Shown one piece after another: positions 1-7,914 of a DNA stretch of 64,000 bases. Position numbers and translations under genes: made by a program. The notes below the pieces were generated by a model that saw only the letters and a program-made list of their open reading frames with translations, was not told the origin of the DNA and made no database searches. This stretch comes from Dehalococcoidia bacterium. GTDB taxonomy: Bacteria > Chloroflexota > Dehalococcoidia > Lucifugimonadales > UBA1123. The stretch spans positions 2,691,371 to 2,755,370 of the forward strand of contig OZ244564.1 in NCBI GenBank assembly GCA_965217725.1, given 5' to 3'. Position 1 is the stretch's first letter. Every line of letters begins with the position of its first letter.

Positions 1-172
1 TATTCGCTGGGCGTTCCTTGAGCGCGTCGCGGTCCAGGGCGGATGCTGCTCCTTCGAGGTCGTATCGCGGATACAGGACCTTGCCGCACGCGGCGCAGAG
101 TCGCTGCGGTTCGTCAGCCGAGCACTCGGCATGGCAGTAGGTGCATTCGAGGTTTGTCAGGTAGCTGCGCAT
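1..172 (-). CDS. 5' part of a CDS running off the left edge; Zn-ribbon N-terminus resembling threonine-synthase-type PLP enzymes
   Basis: ATG at 172..170 (minus). Translation MRSYLTNLECTYCHAECSADEPQRLCAACGKVLYPRYDLEGAASALDRDALKERPAN has two CxxC pairs followed by YD, as in long-form ThrC N-termini. Not in the ORF track because there is no stop in the window. Family call is from memory. Confidence 0.35.
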   Translation of the reverse strand, partial: MRSYLTNLECTYCHAECSADEPQRLCAACGKVLYPRYDLEGAASALDRDALKERPAN

Positions 173-189
173 GTTTTCTTCCAGTCTTG

Positions 190-621
190 TTACGCCTTGA
201 CAGCGGTTGTCGGCCAGTGGTCGGGTACAGGATATGCTTCGTCCGGGCCGGGCCACGCCGGCGTGGTGGCTATGACGAAGCACAGGTCTTCGTCTCCCGT
301 GTTGCGGAATTGGAAATGGCTTCCGGTCTCGATGGTCAGAGATACGCCAGCGAACACATCTACGACGACCTCGTCACTGCCCAGAGATCGCCAGACCTGT
401 CCCTTGCCGGAGATGAAGTACCATGCCTCATCTACCGTCCGGTGCGCGACAGCCTTGGAGATCGCTCCGGGCTCCAGAGTACAGTGGACCATGCTGGATC
501 GAGGGGTAAGGACCAGCTCTCGGATTTGGGAGCCGTCCGATGCCAGAACGGTGTGTCCGTCCGGCAGCGAGGTAGTCTTCAATTTGCGGACCCACGTGGC
601 GGGTACTTTTCGAGCCACCAC
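190..621 (-). CDS. cupin domain protein
   Basis: 143-aa ORF with cupin-like beta-barrel motifs (AWYFISGKG ... HFQFRNTGDEDL). GTG start overlaps the upstream gene by 43 nt; TTG at 582 is an alternative start. Confidence 0.65.
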   Translation of the reverse strand: MVARKVPATWVRKLKTTSLPDGHTVLASDGSQIRELVLTPRSSMVHCTLEPGAISKAVAHRTVDEAWYFISGKGQVWRSLGSDEVVVDVFAGVSLTIETGSHFQFRNTGDEDLCFVIATTPAWPGPDEAYPVPDHWPTTAVKA

Positions 622-1403
622 CGGGCGATCTCGGTGCGTCGCGCGAACCAGACGTCTGAGAACCCGGTCGCGTACTCCAGGAAGTCCCTGAGCGCGGCGG
701 CGCGGGATGGGCGGCCGACGATCCGGCAGTGCAGCCCGATGTTCATCATCTTCGGTGACTCGGACCCCTCTTCGTACAGCAGGTCGAACGTGTTCTTCAG
801 GGTCTCATAGAAGTCGGAGGGGCTGTTCATGCCGCCTCGCCAGAAGCGAGTGTCGTTGACCTCAAGGGAGTATGGGACGACCAGCCACGGCTTTCCGTGG
901 ACTTCTACGTAGTAGGGAATGTCGTCAGCGTAGGAGTTCGAGTCGTACAGAAACCCGCCCTCTTCGACCACCAGGTCGCGCGTGTTCAGGCTTGGGCCGT
1001 ACCGGGTGTACCAGCCCAGAGGGCGAACACCCGTCGTCCGCTCTATAGACTCGACTGCCTTGCGGATCGCCTCGCGTTCGGCGTCGCGGTCCATTCGATA
1101 GTACTCTTCCCATCGGAAGCCGTGTCCGAAGACCTCGTGGCCCTGCTCGACGATTGACGGGCCGACCTCCGGGTTGCGTTCCAGAGCGAGGGCGCAGCAG
1201 TAAAACGTCGCAGGCACGTCGAACCGTTTCAGGAGTCTCATGACCCGCCACACGCCGGCGCGACTGCCGTACTCGAAGAAGGACTCGTTGGCCAGGTCTC
1301 GCTCGTCCAGCGGAAGTGGGGAGGGGACCTCGCTGTTGCTCTCGCGGTGAGGGTCGCCGTCCAGAAGAGAGTACTCGGAACCCTCCTCGTAGTTCACCAC
1401 CAA
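579..1403 (-). CDS. polysaccharide deacetylase family protein (PuuE allantoinase-like)
   Basis: LVVNYEEGSEYS, FEYGSRAGVWR, ATFYCCALALERNP, GHEVFGHG and IGLHCRIVGRP match the PuuE/NodB-fold family. The ORF-track start is TTG at 1403, but conserved N-terminal residues (PRDFVGYGQHPLRVEWPNDARIAIS) are encoded in frame upstream (1404..1486) with no canonical start (see findings). Confidence 0.8.
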   Translation of the reverse strand: MVVNYEEGSEYSLLDGDPHRESNSEVPSPLPLDERDLANESFFEYGSRAGVWRVMRLLKRFDVPATFYCCALALERNPEVGPSIVEQGHEVFGHGFRWEEYYRMDRDAEREAIRKAVESIERTTGVRPLGWYTRYGPSLNTRDLVVEEGGFLYDSNSYADDIPYYVEVHGKPWLVVPYSLEVNDTRFWRGGMNSPSDFYETLKNTFDLLYEEGSESPKMMNIGLHCRIVGRPSRAAALRDFLEYATGFSDVWFARRTEIARWWLEKYPPRGSAN

Positions 1404-1485
1404 CGAAATAGCGATGCGGGCGTCGTTCGGCCACTCGACGCGGAGCGGATGTTGGCCGTAGCCGACGAAGTCTCTGGGGGTGTCG

Positions 1486-2409
1486 CTAGATGCTGGAGTC
1501 GTCGTCTGAGTCGTCCTCTTCCGTCTGACCGGTCACTTCTCGCAGGAACTGCTCAACGTCAGGAGCCAGATCTTGGGCATCCTCCGTCTCTTCTTCCTCC
1601 TGTCCGCCTTCAACCAGCACACGGTCGTAGTAGGACTCGAGTCTGCCGATGAGAGAGCGGACTTCGGGGTTGTTCTCCACCGCCCGGTTGACATCCTCGT
1701 ACTGGCGGCGCCCGCGCTCCCGGTCGGCGAGCGATGCGGGAAGATCGAACATGGCGGTCAGTATCTCGACGATCCGGGCCGCCCCCATGTGGTCCTCGTC
1801 GAGCTGCATATACTGCGGCAGGTGGGCCATCAGGCTGGTCGTTGGGATCTCGCCCTGTGTCACGAGGTCGGCCACCATGTTGACGATCGACGTCGGCCCC
1901 TGGTACGTACTCCGACGTTGGGACACCAGGCCGGTCGCCTTGGCCGCCTGGTCGTCCGTCATGGTTCCCGTTACCAGAAGAGGCCTCGTGTGCGGCACGG
2001 AGTCGTACATGCCTCCGATCCGACAGTACTCCTGCACGTCGAAGTGCGAAAGCACGTCTGAGATCGCGCGACAGTACACTTCACCGTACGCATGAGGCTC
2101 CCGTATGTGCAAGAAAATGTAATCGCGGTCGGTAGCGTCGTCGTGCGCGTGGTGGATGATGGTGTTAGGAGTGGTGAAGACCCGCTGCCCGTTGACCGTG
2201 CGCATCCGAGGCCGGTACCTGGTGAAGTCGAAGAACTTCCCCGGCTCTACAAGCCGGCCCAGCTCCCGCGCGCCAAGATGGCGCTGGAGGATGTTGAGCG
2301 CGAGCGTCCCGACTCTTCCCACGTCTATCCACGGCCTGAGCATGGCGATCGCAATTGGCCGTCTCAACTCCGGCACGGGGTCTCTCAGTTCGAATTCGGC
2401 TATTCTCAT
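1486..2409 (-). CDS. PAC2 (proteasome assembly chaperone 2-like) family protein with acidic C-terminal tail
   Basis: 307-aa ORF. The N-terminal PIAIAMLRPWIDVGRVG region and overall layout resemble actinobacterial PAC2-family proteins (recollection). D/E-rich tail. Confidence 0.6.
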   Translation of the reverse strand: MRIAEFELRDPVPELRRPIAIAMLRPWIDVGRVGTLALNILQRHLGARELGRLVEPGKFFDFTRYRPRMRTVNGQRVFTTPNTIIHHAHDDATDRDYIFLHIREPHAYGEVYCRAISDVLSHFDVQEYCRIGGMYDSVPHTRPLLVTGTMTDDQAAKATGLVSQRRSTYQGPTSIVNMVADLVTQGEIPTTSLMAHLPQYMQLDEDHMGAARIVEILTAMFDLPASLADRERGRRQYEDVNRAVENNPEVRSLIGRLESYYDRVLVEGGQEEEETEDAQDLAPDVEQFLREVTGQTEEDDSDDDSSI

Positions 2410-2520
2410 GACTCTATCGTGCCAAAATCGATTCGATTCCGCAAGTCCGACACTGTTGACTACGATCCATATCGGCTATAGGATTCTTTGGCTAATCAAG
2501 CTGCCAGGGGAGTTGGTCAC

Positions 2521-3750
2521 ATGCGTAAACACGCGCTTGAGGGGGTACGGGTCGTCGATTTCTCTTGGATCGTGGCAGGCCCGACGTGCACACGAATCCT
2601 CGCGGACTTCGGCGCGGAAGTCATCCGAGTCGAGAACGAACAGACGATGGACTACACTCGGAACTCGATGGCGCCGCCGGGTGCAAACAGCCCAAACATG
2701 GGCGGCATGTTCAATAACCTGAATCGCAACAAGCTGGGAGTCACGATCAACGTGATGCACCCCAGCGGCATGGAACTGCTCCACGATCTCATCGCCGTCT
2801 CGGACATCGTCGTCGAGAACTTCAGCGCGACCGTCCTCAAACGGTGGGGTCTCGACTACGAGGCGCAGCGCAAGTTACGACCCGATATCATCTACGTGAG
2901 CATGTCCGGTTTCGGGCATACGGGTCGTGACAACAGATACGTTACCTGGGGACCTACCGCGCAGGCGCTTTCGGGCCTCACGTACATGTCCGGTCTCCCC
3001 GGAGAGGACCCCGCCGGGTGGGGATTCTCCTACATGGACCATACCGGGGGCTTCTACGGGGCGCTGGCGTGCATGAACGCGCTTCACCACCGGAATCGCA
3101 CCGGAGAGGGTCAGTGGGTCGATCTGTCGCAGGTGGAGGTGGGAATGGCGCTTACCGGAACGGCCATTCTGGACAAGACCGTGAACGGACGCGACTTCAG
3201 GCGAGAGGGCAACCCGCCCGGCAACAGGGCCCCGAACTACAAGGTCGCTCCCCACAGCACGTACCGGTGCAAGGGGGAAGACCGCTGGTGTGCCATCACG
3301 GTCTTCGACGACGCAGAGTGGAGCGCGTTCGTGGAAGCGATAGGCGCGCCCGAATGGACATCGGACGAACGGTTCGCCACCAATGAGGGTCGTTACGACA
3401 ACCAGGACAAACTGGACCGACTGATAGAGACTTGGACGATCGAGCGCGAGCCGCACGAGGTGCTTCACACCCTCCAGGCCGCCGGCGTCGCCGCGGGAGC
3501 GGTGCAGACGCCGAAAGAAAAGATCGAGGACGACCCGCAGCTCAGATACCGCGAGTTTCTGCCTGAAGTCGAACACCCGGAGCTGGGCGTGTCCAAGTAC
3601 GAGGGGCAGCCGATGCGTCTCTCCCGGTCTCCCTGGGAGCTCCGGCGCTCTTCGCCGCTCTTCGGCGAACACTCGCAGCACATCTTCGGTGATCTTCTCG
3701 GAGTTCCCGAAGAGGAGATCACAGACCTGATGGTCGAGGGGGCAATCTGA
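2521..3750 (+). CDS. CaiB/BaiF family (class III) CoA-transferase
   Basis: N-terminal GVRVVDFSWIVAGPTCTRILADFGAEVIRVE signature. ATG at 2521 has a GGGGAG SD upstream, whereas the ORF-track TTG at 2488 is less likely. Stop overlaps the next start (TGATG). Confidence 0.9.
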   Translation: MRKHALEGVRVVDFSWIVAGPTCTRILADFGAEVIRVENEQTMDYTRNSMAPPGANSPNMGGMFNNLNRNKLGVTINVMHPSGMELLHDLIAVSDIVVENFSATVLKRWGLDYEAQRKLRPDIIYVSMSGFGHTGRDNRYVTWGPTAQALSGLTYMSGLPGEDPAGWGFSYMDHTGGFYGALACMNALHHRNRTGEGQWVDLSQVEVGMALTGTAILDKTVNGRDFRREGNPPGNRAPNYKVAPHSTYRCKGEDRWCAITVFDDAEWSAFVEAIGAPEWTSDERFATNEGRYDNQDKLDRLIETWTIEREPHEVLHTLQAAGVAAGAVQTPKEKIEDDPQLRYREFLPEVEHPELGVSKYEGQPMRLSRSPWELRRSSPLFGEHSQHIFGDLLGVPEEEITDLMVEGAI

Positions 3751-5003
3751 TGAACGGCAGCCAAGGGGCGCTCTCGGACCTGACCGTCCTCGACCTGTGC
3801 GATGAAAAGGGCCAGTTGATCGGAAAGCTTATGGGAGAGATGGGTGCGCGAGTGGTCAAGGTAGAGCCGCCCGGAGGGGATCCCGCCCGCAACATTCGCC
3901 CTTTCCGAAACGACGTACCTGACCCCAATCAGAGCCTTAACTTCTGGGCATTCAACACAGCCAAGGAAGGCGTCACGCTGGACATAGAACAGCCAACCGG
4001 CCGGGAAGTGCTCAAGAAGCTGGCCGCCAAGGCCGACGTGCTGCTGGAGAGCTTCGATCCGGGCTACATGGACTCCCTGGGACTTGGGTACTCAGACCTG
4101 AGCACGGCGAATCCAGAGCTGATAATGACGTCGCTCACTGGCTTCGGCCAGGATGGCCCGTACCGCGACTACAAGACGTCTGACCTCGTGGCGATGGCGA
4201 TGGGCGGCGTCATGCACAGCTGCGGCTACGACGACCTGCCCAGCGCGCCTCCCATCAGGCCGAGCGGTGGACACGGATACATCATTAGCTGCAACTACGC
4301 CACGCTGGGAACGCTCATGGCCCTAAACTGGCGTGACATGACCGGCGAGGGGCAGCATGTTGACGCCTCCATTCACGAGGCCTGCTCGTGCACCACCGAA
4401 GCCGCGATGCCCACATACATCTACACCAAGGAGCTGGTCAAGCGTCAGACCGGCAGGCACCACGGGGTCCAGCCGACGCCGAAGACGCTCTGCCCGACGG
4501 CTGACGGCAGATACATCAATGTGTTTGCGGTCTTTACAAGCCTCGACCAGTGGCTGGCCCTGGTCAAATGGATGGACGCGGCTGGCATGGCCGAGGACCT
4601 GGTCGATCCCAGGTACCGGGACATGGCGACCATGCGACTGAGGGTCGGCCCAGAAGTCGACCACGCATTCGTAGTCGTGAAGAAGTTCATTGCGGTGCAC
4701 AACGCGGAGGAGATATACCGAGGCGCCCAGGGACGCAAGTTCCCATGGGCGATAGTCCGCTCCCCCGAGGAGACTCTCGAAGACGCTCACTTCGCCGAAG
4801 ATCGAGGCTTCTTCGCGGAGGTGGAACACCCGGACCTGGGCGAGACTTACACCTACGCCGGACGCCCGTACATCATGAACGGCACCCCCTGGCGGACCTT
4901 CAGAAGCCCACTGCTGGGTGAGCACAACGACCGGGTATACGCCGAAGACCTGGGCATGTCGTCGGAGGAAATAGAAAGACTCCGCGCCGACGGGGTGATC
5001 TGA
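3750..5003 (+). CDS. CaiB/BaiF family (class III) CoA-transferase
   Basis: LTVLDLCDEKGQLIGKLMGEMGARVVKVEPPGGDP signature, 417 aa, translationally coupled to the upstream paralogue. Confidence 0.9.
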   Translation: MNGSQGALSDLTVLDLCDEKGQLIGKLMGEMGARVVKVEPPGGDPARNIRPFRNDVPDPNQSLNFWAFNTAKEGVTLDIEQPTGREVLKKLAAKADVLLESFDPGYMDSLGLGYSDLSTANPELIMTSLTGFGQDGPYRDYKTSDLVAMAMGGVMHSCGYDDLPSAPPIRPSGGHGYIISCNYATLGTLMALNWRDMTGEGQHVDASIHEACSCTTEAAMPTYIYTKELVKRQTGRHHGVQPTPKTLCPTADGRYINVFAVFTSLDQWLALVKWMDAAGMAEDLVDPRYRDMATMRLRVGPEVDHAFVVVKKFIAVHNAEEIYRGAQGRKFPWAIVRSPEETLEDAHFAEDRGFFAEVEHPDLGETYTYAGRPYIMNGTPWRTFRSPLLGEHNDRVYAEDLGMSSEEIERLRADGVI

Positions 5004-5825
5004 TCAGTTCATACGGATCCCGCCGTCCACGTTGATGGCCTGGCCGGTGATGTTCTTCGCGTCGTCCGACGCCAGGAACGCGGCGAGCTTGCCGATGTCC
5101 TCCGGGGTCTGCTCGCGTTTCATTGGCATCGTCTGATTTACGACGGTCTCGAACAGCTCGCGTCCGGGCATCCCCTGCACGTCCGTGTGCGTCTGGGTCG
5201 AGCCGAGCCTCGATCTCCGCTGGGCTATAGCCTCCCACATGGGCGTCCACAAAAGTCCCGGGCATATCGCGTTGACGGTTATCCGGTGATCGGCAAGCTG
5301 CTGCGCGTTGGACTGCGTCCAGCTGATGGCAGCAGCCTTGGAGGTGGAGTAGTGGGGAATGTCGGGGCTGCCCTGCCTTCCGGCGATGGATGCGATGTTG
5401 ATGATTCGGCCCGAACCGCGCTGAATCATGTGCTCCTGCACCGCCTCCGTGACCATCACCATGCCCCGTACGTTCACCTGGAACGTCTCGTTCCAGTCGT
5501 CGTCCGAGGACAAGTCCCGTTCCCACATACCACTGGCGCCGATGATACCGGCGTTGTTTACCAGTATGTCGATTCCGCCAAGCTGGTCTAGCGCGCTTGC
5601 GACCGCAGCTTTGATGGACGACCTGTCCGTCACGTCCATCGCCACTGAAGCGGCACGTCTGCTCATCTGCCCGACCTCTTCCGCCACTTCCGCCGCGTTG
5701 TCCGCAATCAGGTCGGCCACCGCAACGTCCGCCCCCTGCTCGGCTAACGTGAGACTGATTCCACGTCCGATTCCCCGGCCCCCGCCGGTAACCAACGCAA
5801 CTTTGCCCGAAAGGTCTGCCAGCAT
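5004..5825 (-). CDS. SDR family oxidoreductase
   Basis: TGGGRGIGRG Rossmann motif, NNAG, and YSTSK catalytic Tyr-x3-Lys. Confidence 0.9.
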   Translation of the reverse strand: MLADLSGKVALVTGGGRGIGRGISLTLAEQGADVAVADLIADNAAEVAEEVGQMSRRAASVAMDVTDRSSIKAAVASALDQLGGIDILVNNAGIIGASGMWERDLSSDDDWNETFQVNVRGMVMVTEAVQEHMIQRGSGRIINIASIAGRQGSPDIPHYSTSKAAAISWTQSNAQQLADHRITVNAICPGLLWTPMWEAIAQRRSRLGSTQTHTDVQGMPGRELFETVVNQTMPMKREQTPEDIGKLAAFLASDDAKNITGQAINVDGGIRMN

Positions 5826-6157
5826 GTTGTCATACTCCCATGTGAGCTATGTGTAATGCGGAGCTTACGCTCCGACTCCAGTGTCGATCGTGGGCTCAAT
5901 CATACTGCAAGAATTGCCGGGAGTCCGACACTGCTCCGATCTCAACCCGCCTCGGATCTGGCTTGCTCACGCAGCCCAGCAGTCGCTCAGGGGCAATGGT
6001 GGTTGGCCCGAACCACACGAGACGCCTTCGCCGTTTTGGATTGCGATCTCGGAGAGATCCTTCTCTACGCTTCCTTCAGGCGTGAGGAGGTAACTTCTGA
6101 AGGGCATGGCGCACAGTCCCCTCCCACACGAGTGTGGACGAAAGAGGCCAGGCCGTG

Positions 6158-6505
6158 TCAGCTCACCAGGTCCGCCATCGCCTTCTTGTCGGTGCCGACG
6201 ATCAGGCCGCCCTCTCCGGTCAGAATCAGCGGCCGCCGGATCAGCCTTGGCTCTTCGACCATAAGCTGGAGCAGTTTATCGTCGCTGAGGTCGTCACGGT
6301 TCAGCCCCATCTTGCGAAAAGACGGCGACCTCCATGAGAAGAAGTCCGAGACGGGCCGGGTTCCTATGATGTCCCGAAGCTCATCTGCGGTGAACGGTTC
6401 GGCGAAGAAGTCGCGCTCGTCGTACTCGATACCAGCCTGTGAAAGCTCCGCTTTCACTCTCCGGCAGGTACTTCAGCGCTTCCAAGTGTAGTACGTGGCA
6501 GGCAT
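6158..6505 (-). CDS. ArsC/Spx/YffB-family thioredoxin-fold protein with in-frame TGA (candidate selenocysteine) at the CxxC position
   Basis: ORF track gives 6158..6457 only. The frame extends through TGA (6475..6473) to ATG 6505..6503, which has a GAGGTGG SD upstream. The conceptual N-terminus MPATYYTWKR-U-STCRRVKAELSQAGIEYDERDF matches the family N-terminus. PRLIRRPLIL matches the conserved C-terminal motif. Confidence 0.6.
6431..6469 (-). promoter_or_regulatory. SECIS-like stem-loop directly downstream of the in-frame UGA
   Basis: Perfect 8-bp upper stem GUGAAAGC/GCUUUCAC (6457..6450 and 6446..6439) with GGA loop. Lower stem ACCUGCC/GGCUGGU has one U-U mismatch. The structure starts 3 nt after the UGA. 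Confidence 0.5.
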
Positions 6506-6580
6506 AGGCAATTCCACCTCACATAATGGGGATTACCCGATCAGCTTATCCGCATCTGGGCAGGAGTTCCAGAAGAATTA

Positions 6581-7900
6581 CTACCACTCTTCAACGCGAA
6601 TCAGGTTGCCGACCTCCACCACCGTGTCGAGAGCTTCGAGCTCGAGGATTGCCTGCTGCATCGAGGCTTCGTTCGCCCGGTGGGTCATCAGCACGATCTC
6701 CGCGCGCTGAGCGACCTCGTCGGTCTCCTTCTGGATCGCCGACGCGATTGAGATGTCGTGCTCCGCGAATACGCCTCCGACCTGCGCCAGCACTCCAGGA
6801 CGGTCAGCGGCGGTCAGCCGTATGTAGTACCGGGTCTCCAGCTCGGAAATCGGCCTGACCGCTCCAGTGGCGGCAGCGTCGTCAGCTTGGCTGCTGCTCT
6901 CAGGCTGGGAGGAGTCGCTCACGCCTGCGTTGATGCCCCGGGCGATATCGACGATGTCGGCGATCACCGCGCTCGTGGTCGGCATCGCGCCCGCGCCCGC
7001 GCCGTGGAAAAGGAGCTTGCCTGCGAGGTCGGTCTGGATTTCGACGGCGTTGAGCACACCGTTCACCTTGGCTATCATCGCGTCCTCGCGGACGAGCGCC
7101 GGGTGTACCCTGGCCTGGAGCGCCCCATTGTCCGCGGACGCTATTCCCAGCAGCTTGATCGCGTATCCCAGCTCCCGCGCGTACTGGAAGTCCCTGGCGG
7201 TCAGGCGCGTGATGCCTTCGTGGAAAACGTCATCGTCCGTGACGCGCGCTCGAAAGCCAAGAGTAGCGAGGATAGCCAGCTTGTAGGCCGCGTCTATGCC
7301 CTCGATGTCGTTGGTCGGGTCGGCTTCTGCATACCCCAGCCTCTGCGCCTCTGCCAGCGCGTCGCCGAAGTCGGCGCCGTCCTGCTCCATCCTGGTCAGG
7401 ATGTAGTTGGTCGTTCCGTTGATGATTCCGTGAATCGTGACGACGTCGTTCGCGACCAGGTCTCTCACGAGCGGGGCTATGATGGGCGTGCCGCCAGCGA
7501 CAGCAGCCTCGAACAGCACTCGCACCCCCTGCTGTCGCGCGTACCGCTGGATGTCGAAGCCGTGTCTGGCCATGACCTCCTTGTTGGCGGTCACGATGTG
7601 CTTGCGACTGGACATCGCTTTGAATAGGTACTCGCGGGCGGGCTCTTCCCCGCCAATCAGCTCAACGAGGATATCGACTTCGGGATTATCCAGGATGTGC
7701 GAGGGGTCGGTTGTAATCAGCCCATCGGGAAGGTCGATCGCCCTGGGCCTTGAAGGGTCTCTCACCAGGACGCCCTTGATCTCGACAGGGCAGCCGACCA
7801 TGTCGCTCAGGTGGGCCTGCTTCCGCTCGATGATCTGTGCGACACCGCCCCCAACGACACCCATTCCGAGCAGCCCGATTCCAATGGAGTCTCTAGTCAC
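6581..7900 (-). CDS. hom: homoserine dehydrogenase with C-terminal ACT domain
   Basis: GLLGMGVVGGG NAD motif, TANKEV, GIINGTTNYILT and EADPTNDIEGIDAAYKLAILA. Confidence 0.95.
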   Translation of the reverse strand: MTRDSIGIGLLGMGVVGGGVAQIIERKQAHLSDMVGCPVEIKGVLVRDPSRPRAIDLPDGLITTDPSHILDNPEVDILVELIGGEEPAREYLFKAMSSRKHIVTANKEVMARHGFDIQRYARQQGVRVLFEAAVAGGTPIIAPLVRDLVANDVVTIHGIINGTTNYILTRMEQDGADFGDALAEAQRLGYAEADPTNDIEGIDAAYKLAILATLGFRARVTDDDVFHEGITRLTARDFQYARELGYAIKLLGIASADNGALQARVHPALVREDAMIAKVNGVLNAVEIQTDLAGKLLFHGAGAGAMPTTSAVIADIVDIARGINAGVSDSSQPESSSQADDAAATGAVRPISELETRYYIRLTAADRPGVLAQVGGVFAEHDISIASAIQKETDEVAQRAEIVLMTHRANEASMQQAILELEALDTVVEVGNLIRVEEW

Positions 7901-7914
7901 GATAAGACCTGAAC

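Noticed and set aside
1533-1535. The TGA upstream of the deacetylase N-terminus as a read-through or Sec codon
   Set aside because: The residues upstream of it (basic, Thr-rich) show no homology to the family, and no hairpin follows. A missing start or an indel is the simpler explanation.
5867-6107. Small minus-strand ORF MPFRSYLLTPEGSVEKDLSEIAIQNGEGVSCGSGQPPLPLSDCWAA, followed by TGA and 33 more in-frame codons, as a possible second Sec gene next to the ArsC-like gene
   Set aside because: No family resemblance. The motif is Cx3U, not CxxU. Only a weak 5-bp hairpin follows the TGA. The short ORF could arise by chance in a promoter/terminator region. Worth a SECIS scan but not supportable.
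5856-6491. 211-aa plus-strand ORF across the 5.8-6.5 kb region
   Set aside because: It is antisense to the ArsC-family gene and runs through an intergenic region. It is Ser/Arg-rich with no motif.
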